This document shows, one piece after another, positions 33,200 through 40,951 of a DNA stretch of 49,266 nucleotides. Made by a program: the position numbers and the translations under genes. A model generated the notes under the pieces. The model was not told the origin of the DNA, made no database searches, and worked only from the letters and a program-made list of their open reading frames with translations. Numbering within the stretch: the first letter of the stretch is position 1; every line of letters starts with the position of its first letter. This DNA comes from Hydrurus foetidus (Eukaryota): contig UYFQ01000043.1 of NCBI GenBank assembly GCA_900617105.1, forward strand, positions 1 through 49,266, given 5' to 3'.

Positions 33200-33715
33200 A
33201 TGTCTACTGCACGACCCTCCACACTGTCTACCGCTACCGAATACCTGCCGCAAGCCATCCGCATCATCGGCCTCGAACTCCGCACCTCGAACGACGTGGC
33301 GGGGCAGACCATCCCGCCGCATTGGCAGCGGTTTGTGGCCGAGGGCGTGCTGGCACGCATTCCCGTCAAGCTGTCCGACGAGGTGTACGCCGTCTACACC
33401 CACTTTGAGAACGCCGGGCAGAACAACCAGGGTGTGTATTCCCTCATTATTGGTGCGGCGGTGGCCAGCGACCAGCCCGTGCCCGAAGGGCTGAGCCACA
33501 CCGTCATCCCGGCATCGCACCGGGCTGTGTTTTCTGTACCCCAAGGCCAACATGCGCAAGTTGGCGCGGTGTGGCAGCAAGTCTGGCTGCGTGATGATTT
33601 GCCTAAGACCTTCATCGCCGAGGTGGAACGCTACCGGGCGAATGGCGAGATCGACATTCTGATTGGTATTGCTCATCCCACCGAACACTTTATCGAGCAC
33701 CCTAAAGCACCATGA
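33200..33715 (+). CDS. GyrI-like effector-binding protein
   Basis: IIGLELRTSN, YAVYTHFE, VWQQVW, ERY...IDILIGI pattern. Confidence 0.85.
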   Translation: MSTARPSTLSTATEYLPQAIRIIGLELRTSNDVAGQTIPPHWQRFVAEGVLARIPVKLSDEVYAVYTHFENAGQNNQGVYSLIIGAAVASDQPVPEGLSHTVIPASHRAVFSVPQGQHAQVGAVWQQVWLRDDLPKTFIAEVERYRANGEIDILIGIAHPTEHFIEHPKAP

Positions 33716-34596
33716 ACGCCAGCCACAGTTGGACGGATTACCAAGCGCGGCTGGGCCGCGTCATCGCCTATGTTCACGACCACCTGGATGAGCCGCTGGA
33801 TTTGGACCGTCTGGCCGATGTGGCGCACCTGTCATCCTTCCACTGGCACCGGGTTTACCACGCCCTGCACGGTGAGACGCTCGCCGCCACGGTGCGGCGC
33901 TTGCGGCTGCACCGTGGGACGGGCTATCTCGCCAACACCGCGATGCCCGTGGCGCAGGTGGCACGCCGCTGCGGCTACCCCAACGCGCAGTCGTTTGCCC
34001 GCGCGTTCAAAGGGCTGTATGGCATGAGCCCGTTGCAGTACCGCCAGCACGGTGGTCACGCGGTGTTCCAGAGTGGGTCAGCGACTGAAGCCTCCAGCGG
34101 CTACACCGTGGCGCTGCGCCACATCCCCCGTGTTCGGCTCGCGGGGCTGGACCACCACGGGTCGTACATGGGCGTGGGCAAAGCGTTTGAGTCGGCCTAT
34201 GTGCGGCTGGCCGCGCTGGGGCAGGTGACACCCACCACGCGCTGGATGGCCGTGTACCTGGACGACCCGTTCGCCGTGCCAGAGCGGCAACTGCATTCCC
34301 GCGCGGGCTTGTCGGTGCCCGAAGAATTCCATGTTGAAGCCCCGCTGGTAGCGTTTGAGCTGGGTGGGCACTATGGCGAGCAACAGAATGCTGGAGGCGG
34401 GCTGTGCGCAGTGCTGCGCCACCAGGGGCCGTATGCCACGATGCGTGCGGCGTACCAGTGGCTGTACGGTGAATGGCTGGTGCGCAGCGGCCATCAGGTG
34501 GCAGATTCGCCGGTGTTTGAGGAATACCTGAACAACCCGCGTGACACCGCCCCGGCTGATTTGCTGACCGATATTTATTTGCCGCTGCTGGGCTGA
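33712..34596 (+). CDS. AraC family regulator with a C-terminal GyrI-like domain
   Basis: AraC double HTH (LADVAHLSSFHWHRVY, CGYPNAQSFARAFK), H.GPY...AYQWLY..WL, EEYLN.P. Confidence 0.92.
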   Translation: MNASHSWTDYQARLGRVIAYVHDHLDEPLDLDRLADVAHLSSFHWHRVYHALHGETLAATVRRLRLHRGTGYLANTAMPVAQVARRCGYPNAQSFARAFKGLYGMSPLQYRQHGGHAVFQSGSATEASSGYTVALRHIPRVRLAGLDHHGSYMGVGKAFESAYVRLAALGQVTPTTRWMAVYLDDPFAVPERQLHSRAGLSVPEEFHVEAPLVAFELGGHYGEQQNAGGGLCAVLRHQGPYATMRAAYQWLYGEWLVRSGHQVADSPVFEEYLNNPRDTAPADLLTDIYLPLLG

Positions 34597-36827
34597 ACAC
34601 CGGCATTCCGTACCCCAGCGCCCCGCACCTCGATCCGCACCTCGTCCAGCGTCACGCCGTGGGCGCTGGTCAAGCGGATGACATGCCTGCCTGGCCACGG
34701 CAGCCACTGGGCTTGCGCCCCATGTGCGATGACTTTGCCATCCACCAACCAGCGGCTGGTGGCGTGCGCACCGTCACTGGCGAACGGCACCCGCTGGCGT
34801 GTGGGGGGAATGTCCGGGTCAAGCGCCAAAATCGTGCCGGGGGCGGGTGTGGTGATGCGAGCGTCCCCTTCTTGGTTGAGTTTTTTGGCTTTACCGCTTA
34901 CTGGGTAAGCTACACCAGCTACTGAATTCATAGCGATCTGCGTTTGCTCCGTGCCCGTCAAAAACCACTCTGTGCGGCTGGCCTCGGTCTGGTTTTCAAA
35001 TTGTGTGGGTACGGCGCTTAAGCCGGCGGGTGGGGCAGGGGCCACGCTGGGGGTTTTGTCGTGCAGGTGCTGCATCACCGCCGCCCACACCGGGGCCGCG
35101 CCGGTGGTGCCGCTCACGTCGTGCATGGCCGCACCGCTGGCGTTGCCCACCCACACGCCCACGGTGTAGCGCTGTGAGTAGCCCACCGCCCAGTTGTCGC
35201 GCATGTCTTTGCTGGTGCCGGTTTTCACCGCCGTCCAAAACCGGGTGGCCAGCACGCTGTCCGTGCCAAAGGTGCGGGCACGGGCGTTGGTGTCCGAGAG
35301 GATGTCGCTGACGATGAAGGCGGCGCGGGGGTCAAGGGCGGAGGTGAAGGTTAATGCCGTTTTGGATGAGGATTTTTGATAATAAACAGGGCTGTACCGA
35401 CCGCCATTGCTCAAGGTACGGTACGAATTCGATAGTGCCAACAAAGTGACCTCGGGGCTGCCCAGGGCGAGGCTGTAGCCGAAGTAATCCCCCGTTTCCT
35501 TCAGTGGCAAACCCACGGCCCGCAGTTGCCGGTGCAGCGCGTCGGGCGTGACCAGCACCAGCGTGCGCACGGCGGGCACGTTGAGCGACGCGGCCAGCGC
35601 GGTACGCACCGACACCCAGCCTTTGAACTGGTGGTCGTAGTTTTGCGGAATGTAGAGGCCGCTGGCGGTGGGGATTTGTGTGGTGGCATCGTTCAGCAGC
35701 GAAGCAGCCGTCAAACGCCGCTCGGCCATCGCCTGGGCATAGAGAAACGGTTTGAGCGTGGAACCCGCTTGGCGCGGCGCGGTGACGGCATCCACATGCG
35801 CGGCTTGGCTCAGCGTGCCCGATGATCCTACCCAGGCCAGCACCTCGCCGCTGGCGTTGTCCAACACCAGCACGGCACCGTCTTCCACGTTGCGGCCTTG
35901 GAGTTCGCGCAGTTGGCGTTGCAGCGTTTGCAGGGCAAAGCGCTGGAGCGGGGCGCTGAGGGTGGAGGCTAGGGTTGAGGATATGGCAGTGGCGTTCACC
36001 CCGTCACGCCCCTTCGCCTCCCGCACCAGCCTGCGAGCCAAATGCGGTGCGATGCCCTCGTCTGTCGCAAAGGCTTTGCGCTGCAGCGCCACCGTGGCAA
36101 ACAAGTCCAGCCCGGTGCAATCCACCACCTGTGATGCCTGCGGAGAAGCCGCTGCCGCGATGGCTTTTTCCACCGCACAAGCCCGCTGCACCACCTGCGC
36201 CACTTTGGCGTTCGGGGCACGTACCAGCGCTGCTGCCACGGCTGCCTCCCGCGCGTCCAGCCCTTGCGCGGCTTTGTTGAACAGCGTGCGGCTCAGCGCG
36301 TCAATGCCCACCAACTCGCCGCGAAACGGCAGCAGGTTCAGGTACGCCTCCAGAATTTGGTCTTTGCGCCAGCGCCGCTCAAGCACCTGCGCGGCCACCG
36401 TTTGCCCCAGCTTTTGCACGACGCTGCGCCCACCCGTTCCCGCCCGCCAGTCGCCGTCGAGCAAGCCCGCCAACTGCATCGTGATGGTGGACGCGCCCCG
36501 CGTGCGCTGGTTCCACAAATTACCCCAAGCCGCCGCGCTCGCCGCTTGCCAGTCCACACCGCTGTGGTCGTAAAAGCGCTTGTCCTCGCTCAGCACCAGG
36601 GCTGTGCGCAGCGCAGGGGACACATCCTCCAGCGCCACCCACTGCCCGCGCCGCACCAACGCATCGGCACGCAGGCGGTGCAGGGTCTCACCATTGCGGT
36701 CGAGCACCACGGTGTCCGAGGAGCGGAAATCAGCTTTGACTTCGGCGAAGCTGGGCAGGGCGAGGGCGGGGAAGGGTGCTAAGCCTGCTGCTGCCAGCAC
36801 CCATACTGCCCAGACATTGAATTTCAT
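34575..36827 (-). CDS. pbpC: Penicillin-binding protein 1C
   Basis: Transglycosylase EDKRF and GASTITMQ; transpeptidase STLK, SLN, KTG; C-terminal PBP1C domain; near alpha-2-macroglobulin. Confidence 0.95.
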   Translation of the reverse strand: MKFNVWAVWVLAAAGLAPFPALALPSFAEVKADFRSSDTVVLDRNGETLHRLRADALVRRGQWVALEDVSPALRTALVLSEDKRFYDHSGVDWQAASAAAWGNLWNQRTRGASTITMQLAGLLDGDWRAGTGGRSVVQKLGQTVAAQVLERRWRKDQILEAYLNLLPFRGELVGIDALSRTLFNKAAQGLDAREAAVAAALVRAPNAKVAQVVQRACAVEKAIAAAASPQASQVVDCTGLDLFATVALQRKAFATDEGIAPHLARRLVREAKGRDGVNATAISSTLASTLSAPLQRFALQTLQRQLRELQGRNVEDGAVLVLDNASGEVLAWVGSSGTLSQAAHVDAVTAPRQAGSTLKPFLYAQAMAERRLTAASLLNDATTQIPTASGLYIPQNYDHQFKGWVSVRTALAASLNVPAVRTLVLVTPDALHRQLRAVGLPLKETGDYFGYSLALGSPEVTLLALSNSYRTLSNGGRYSPVYYQKSSSKTALTFTSALDPRAAFIVSDILSDTNARARTFGTDSVLATRFWTAVKTGTSKDMRDNWAVGYSQRYTVGVWVGNASGAAMHDVSGTTGAAPVWAAVMQHLHDKTPSVAPAPPAGLSAVPTQFENQTEASRTEWFLTGTEQTQIAMNSVAGVAYPVSGKAKKLNQEGDARITTPAPGTILALDPDIPPTRQRVPFASDGAHATSRWLVDGKVIAHGAQAQWLPWPGRHVIRLTSAHGVTLDEVRIEVRGAGVRNAGVQPSSGK
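34883..34934 (-). repeat. Bipartite palindromic motif copy inside pbpC
   Basis: Reverse complement: GCTAT-N7-GTAGC-N7-GCTTA-N5-TAAGC-GGTAAAGCC. Confidence 0.8.
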
Positions 36828-36857
36828 TTGGAATGAATGTGGCTTTGCCGTATCAGG

Positions 36858-36998
36858 TCAAGCGGCAAGCGTGACATGGGTGGTGCTGGCCGCTTGCCCT
36901 GTCATCATTTGTCGGGCAGAAGTCAGTAAATCACGCTGAAACTGCTCCATTTCTCGGTCTTGTAGGGGCTGTTCTTTCAGGTTGAGTGTTTCGGCCAT
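36858..36998 (-). pseudogene. Truncated HigA/YiaG-type antitoxin N-terminus (46 aa, HTH lost)
   Basis: Own translation MAETLNLKEQPLQDREMEQFQRDLLTSARQMMTGQAASTTHVTLAA*; resembles the 'F..DLL.S..QM..G..A..T' lead-in of Xre antitoxins (from memory). Confidence 0.55.
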
Positions 36999-37341
36999 GC
37001 GCTACTTCTTTCTTGGATGGTTTGCATGGATTAGATCGTACGGCAATGACGTACTTTGAGGGGCCATGCCATCGCTAAACCACAGTGTCGTTTTTGCAGG
37101 GTTGTGGATGTTTTGATAGCTGCCTTGACAAGCTCAGATGCTGATAGCTATCATGTCATCTATCGAGTGCGATTCAAAGTGATGTGCTTGACTGAGAATG
37201 CGGCTTTGATTCGGGCAAGGTGCAGGTTTTTTGGAATCCGACCCCAAAAAACCGGGCCAACCGCGCAGGTCTTGTCCGCACCACGGTGAACCCGCATCAC
37301 TCTGAATCGCCCCCTAATCTGTCCATTTTGGGAGGTATCCA

Positions 37342-37596
37342 ATGCAACAAACCGCCAAAATTTTCGCCACAGGCCGCAGCCAAGCCGTTCGCCTGCCTTT
37401 GGAATTTCGCTTCAAAGAGGCTGAAGTCTTCATTCGCCGTGACCCCACTTCGGGGGATGTGGTGTTGTCGCGCAAACCAACAGATTGGCAGGGGTTTTTG
37501 GATGTGGTGGCGCAGAACCCGATTGACGACAATTTCCTGATTGAACGGAAGCAATTTCAACCCCACCGAGACCCCTTTGAAGGCTGGGAGGAATGA
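37342..37596 (+). CDS. vapB: VapB antitoxin (AbrB/MazE fold)
   Basis: [28 protein letters not shown]. Confidence 0.93.
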   Translation: MQQTAKIFATGRSQAVRLPLEFRFKEAEVFIRRDPTSGDVVLSRKPTDWQGFLDVVAQNPIDDNFLIERKQFQPHRDPFEGWEE

Positions 37597-37994
37597 GTAC
37601 ACGCTACCTGCTGGATACCAACATCGTCAGCCACATCATCAAAGCGCGAGATGCCGTATTGATGCAGCGTGTCAGCGCCGTGCCCGTGAACAGTTTGGCC
37701 ATTTCCAGCGTGACATTGGCCGAAATGGAGTACGGCTGGCACCGAGGGGGCCAAGCGCTGGGTTTGCAGCGGCGGATTGAGGCTTTTTTGCTTCGCGTGG
37801 ATGTTGCGCCTTGGGATGAGGAGATTGCCCGACACTACGGTGAGCTGCGCTCAGCCTGGGAGGCCAAAGGCATCAGTTTGGCCGCACACGACATGATGAT
37901 TGCCGCCCACGCGGTGGCCGTGGGAGCAACCTTGGTCAGCCGTGACAAGGCTTTTGGCCAAGTGCCAGATCGGTTGGTGTTGGAGGTTTGGTAG
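37593..37994 (+). CDS. vapC: VapC PIN-domain toxin
   Basis: [29 protein letters not shown] coupling to vapB. Confidence 0.94.
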   Translation: MSTRYLLDTNIVSHIIKARDAVLMQRVSAVPVNSLAISSVTLAEMEYGWHRGGQALGLQRRIEAFLLRVDVAPWDEEIARHYGELRSAWEAKGISLAAHDMMIAAHAVAVGATLVSRDKAFGQVPDRLVLEVW

Positions 37995-38008
37995 AACGCA
38001 CCGTTCTC

Positions 38009-38106
38009 TATTTCCCCTCCACCCTTTCAGACCGCAAATCCGCGATGACGCAGGCGTACCGCACAGGTTGCTACAGGCAGAAAGCAATCGCACTATCTTT
38101 TGATCT
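38009..38106 (+). pseudogene. C-terminal remnant of a REP-associated Y1 (RAYT-like) transposase
   Basis: Own translation YFPSTLSDRKSAMTQAYRTGCYRQKAIALSFD resembles the 'R..A...AY.TG.Y....IA..F' tail of IS200-like/RAYT proteins (from memory); followed by CAAGAC...TCTGACCC. Confidence 0.55.
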
Positions 38107-38140
38107 TCAGATTGTTTCAATACAAGACTTCGTATATTCA

Positions 38141-38158
38141 ATCTGACCCAATACTGCC
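38141..38158 (+). repeat. Left REP-like inverted motif ATCTGACCC-AATAC-TGCC
   Basis: Imperfect inverse of GGCA-AAACTG-GGGTCAGAT at 40503-40521. Confidence 0.6.
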
Positions 38159-38196
38159 GGGCGGATTCGACAGTTGCATCCGCATTTTGAGGGGTG
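38159..38196 (+). repeat. 38-bp direct repeat, copy 1 (reads GRIRQLHPHFEG then TGA stop)
   Basis: 36/38 identical to 40441-40478; internal GCGGAT...ATCCGC stem. Confidence 0.9.
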
Positions 38197-38238
38197 AGGG
38201 GCTGCACCTTCGCTGTTTGACGGTGAAGGCACATTCCA

Positions 38239-40305
38239 TCAGGGAGCAGAAATGTTCAAAATAGCGTCCCCACTGACGACGTTGACCACGCCTTTTGTGT
38301 CTACCGTTATAGCACCTGGGTAGTAAAGCGTGCCGGGCAATTTGCCCAAGCTGTTGCCGAACTTACCCGGTGTGCCCGCAACGGTCGTGACATTGCCCGC
38401 TGGGTCAATTTTCCGCACGGTGTGATTAGGGGTGTCAGAGACCCAAACGTTGCCTGCTGCATCGACTGCAATGCCTCCGAAGTTGGAGGTCCAGGCGTTT
38501 TGACCAAATCGAGCTTGGGTTCCCTGTCCATCCGCGGTGCCTGGCATCCCTTCTTGACCAGCAAGCAGCTTGAGTTGACCATTGGCAGAGCCAACCCAAA
38601 TTGCTTTGTTTGCTGCAATATAGATGTTGCCATTCTTGTCAAAGCTAATTTTTTCACGCTCCCCACTCCAGATTGAAGTGGGTATGACCAAACTTCGTTC
38701 GCTGACCAGACCCGTAGTTTTTGCGATTGTGATCACTTTAACCACGCCAGAAGAATGAGTTACCAACAAAACGTTACCTGAAGCATCCGTGCTGATGCCG
38801 GAAGGGTATGAAGCCCCGTCGCTCCAAATGTTGTCAGTGCTACCAGTAGGTGAAATCTTCCAGAGGTCACCACAATAAGAGCCGACAAGCGCAATATTTG
38901 TAACATTATTTACATAAGTTGATACAAGTACGTTGTTATCTGAGTCAATCGTTGCTGCTGTTAATGTTGAATAGTTGCAGTAATTACTTTCGGGAATGTT
39001 TACTCGTCGTGTACTCACGGTGCCATTTCCTGACCATTCATTCAAAGTGACACCACTTTGGAAGGGGATCCCACTTTGGACCAGTACCAAATTGCCCGTC
39101 AGTTTTGAGCGCGTTAGCTGTGGACTAAGGCTTCCTTGAAAGTTGCCTTCCATCAGGGGTGCCATACTGTTCGAAGTGACGGTGCCCCCTGCATTTGGCC
39201 CAGAAAAGGTGCTGACATTGCCGTTGGCATCCATCTCCTGAAGACGAGCCTTCATGCCGTTGATGGGGACGATAAATCCGCCTTTTCCGTTAGATGCAAT
39301 CAACCCAGCAGGCCCCCGAATCAAAGGAATTGTTGAAACTATCCCTTCAGGCGTGATCTTGCGGACTGTAGAAGCATCCCCGGTAACGATCAGATTGTCA
39401 GAAGCATCCACAAACATAGCGCCGGGGCTGTATAGCTGGGCAACGGTTGGCGCGCCATCTATATTGCCATGCACATTGGCGACGCCAGCAAAAGTGCTTA
39501 CTGCGCCTGTAGGGGTTACTTTTTGAATTATGCTGACAAACGCACTCGATGCGTAAATGTTGCCTTTGCTGTCGACTGCCAAACCAGTCGCACTACCGAA
39601 TGACCTCATTGATCTTGCAAGAGTGGTTACGGTACCGTTGACAGAAACTTTGCGTAAATTCTCTTGATCGATTACCCACAAATTGCCAAGCGTGTCAGAG
39701 GCAATGGCAGAAATAGAAGTGAGAGCGCTTTCATTGCCGAAGTTGAGCGTTCTGGCTGAGACAGTGCCACCGGGTGTCATTTTGAAGAGAGCCGTGCCTG
39801 TACCGTAAAGCATATTCCCTTGGCTATCTAAGCCCAGCTTGGGATAAGTCTGAGTGGAAATGATGCCGCTGGTATCGGTGTAGGTTTCAGGGTACTGCGC
39901 CATGGCGCTGACGTCCCCACTTTTGCTGACCTTACGCATGACACCGTTATCAACCACCATGAAATCCCCCGCAGGCAAGCGATATACAGCCGTTGGAGCT
40001 ACGAAGCGCCCATCTGCAGCAGCACCATCCAAATTTCCCGGGGATGCAAAGTCGCCTGTAAACAGACTGATGGCGTTTGGTGGAACCGGAACTGGAGCAG
40101 GTGAGGGCGTTGGAGTCGGGGTAGGTACGGGTGCTGGCACTGGCGAGGGTGTTGGTACAGGCGTGGACGAACTGGCAGGCGTGGCCGTTGCGGTTTCTCC
40201 GCCACCGCCACCCCCGCAAGCCGAAAGAGCCATGGCGATGGCACTCCAGAGGCTGATGACCGTATGCCACGCATGAGGTCTTGTTGTTGGTTCAGTTGTT
40301 AACAT
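38239..40305 (-). CDS. NHL-repeat beta-propeller lipoprotein, paralog of 26876-28903
   Basis: AAGGGAG SD before ATG 40305; LSAC lipobox plus poly-Gly; PT/PV linker; NHL repeats; shared C-terminal G.LPG.LY.P tail. Confidence 0.9.
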   Translation of the reverse strand: MLTTEPTTRPHAWHTVISLWSAIAMALSACGGGGGGETATATPASSSTPVPTPSPVPAPVPTPTPTPSPAPVPVPPNAISLFTGDFASPGNLDGAAADGRFVAPTAVYRLPAGDFMVVDNGVMRKVSKSGDVSAMAQYPETYTDTSGIISTQTYPKLGLDSQGNMLYGTGTALFKMTPGGTVSARTLNFGNESALTSISAIASDTLGNLWVIDQENLRKVSVNGTVTTLARSMRSFGSATGLAVDSKGNIYASSAFVSIIQKVTPTGAVSTFAGVANVHGNIDGAPTVAQLYSPGAMFVDASDNLIVTGDASTVRKITPEGIVSTIPLIRGPAGLIASNGKGGFIVPINGMKARLQEMDANGNVSTFSGPNAGGTVTSNSMAPLMEGNFQGSLSPQLTRSKLTGNLVLVQSGIPFQSGVTLNEWSGNGTVSTRRVNIPESNYCNYSTLTAATIDSDNNVLVSTYVNNVTNIALVGSYCGDLWKISPTGSTDNIWSDGASYPSGISTDASGNVLLVTHSSGVVKVITIAKTTGLVSERSLVIPTSIWSGEREKISFDKNGNIYIAANKAIWVGSANGQLKLLAGQEGMPGTADGQGTQARFGQNAWTSNFGGIAVDAAGNVWVSDTPNHTVRKIDPAGNVTTVAGTPGKFGNSLGKLPGTLYYPGAITVDTKGVVNVVSGDAILNISAP

Positions 40306-40371
40306 TTCTACTCCCTTTGAAAACTTACAGAAATAATTGTAAGTTTGCAGAAGGTTGTCTTGATCATTGCC

Positions 40372-40478
40372 AAACACTTGAAGTGCATCTTTACCAAGCT
40401 GGCCGTGGAAACACGTATCTCAGCAGCGGGGATGGCGGTGGGGCGGATTCGGCAGTTGCATCCGCACTTTGAGGGGTG
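40372..40478 (+). pseudogene. Degenerate 3' fragment of a LuxR-type HTH response regulator gene
   Basis: KHLKCIFTKLAVETRISAAGMAVGRIRQLHPHFEG matches the LuxR recognition-helix tail pattern KH...I..KL.V..R..A. Confidence 0.65.
40441..40478 (+). repeat. 38-bp direct repeat, copy 2
   Basis: GGGCGGATTCGGCAGTTGCATCCGCACTTTGAGGGGTG versus copy 1, two mismatches. Confidence 0.9.
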
Positions 40479-40535
40479 CAAAACTGGCAAAACTGGGGTC
40501 ACGGCAAAACTGGGGTCAGATACCGTCTTGCAATA
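40478..40535 (+). repeat. Tandem GGCAAAACTGGGGTCA units ending in GGGGTCAGA...GTCTTGCAA (right REP-like motif)
   Basis: 16-mer at 40486-40501 and 40503-40518; reverse complement reads TTGCAAGAC-N4-TCTGACCCC. Confidence 0.7.
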
Positions 40536-40556
40536 CAATAATTCTTCTTCATTATT

Positions 40557-40610
40557 CAATCAAAATTGATAGCTGATTACGCATTATTTATAAGGATTAA
40601 TGCAATATTT
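40557..40610 (+). repeat. Bipartite palindromic motif copy, intergenic, left half degenerate
   Basis: ATAGC at 40569, then N7-GCATT-ATTTA-TAAGG. Confidence 0.6.
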
Positions 40611-40725
40611 AATGCCTGAAAAATGCGGTTTATCCTCATTTTTGCCGTTTGAAGCCCCTCCCAAACAACCCTCCAACCGCCAAACAGCCTCAAAACAACG
40701 TTAAAAGGTCTGAAAAAAGGCCTTG

Positions 40726-40777
40726 AATTGGCTGTAAACCTTATAAATTATGCTGTAACAGCTATCAAATTTGAAGC
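40726..40777 (-). repeat. Bipartite palindromic motif copy, intergenic, facing the 40557 copy
   Basis: Reverse complement: GCTTC-N7-ATAGC-N7-GCATA-ATTTA-TAAGG-TTTACAGCC. Confidence 0.75.
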
Positions 40778-40951
40778 GCGCAGCCGCAGCAGGTTCGATG
40801 AAAAATCGGGATGTTAAAAAAGCACTGGGGGCAAGGTCTTTCTTTGACGCATGACTAAACCCTTAAAACCCACTGAAGGGCGTGATTTTGGGATGCTTTT
40901 TTTAGCCACATCCTTATTCCGTTCTCAGCGTTACGCTCTCGATTCCCTCGG

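Noticed and set aside
38159..40478. 38-bp repeats as integron attC sites or CRISPR repeats
   Set aside because: Only two copies, 2.3 kb apart; no RYYYAAC/GTTRRRY ends, no integrase and no cas genes; better explained as a duplicated gene 3' end
40345..40569. 74-aa ORF as a functional gene
   Set aside because: Chimera of a decayed LuxR tail and repeat sequence with a weak TTG start; treated as a pseudogene fragment
40809..40913. Imperfect inverted repeat GGATGTTAAAAAAGCA ... TGCTTTTTTTAGCCACATCC as a MITE or IS scar
   Set aside because: Single occurrence, needs gaps to align, no target duplication seen; cannot be supported without a genome search
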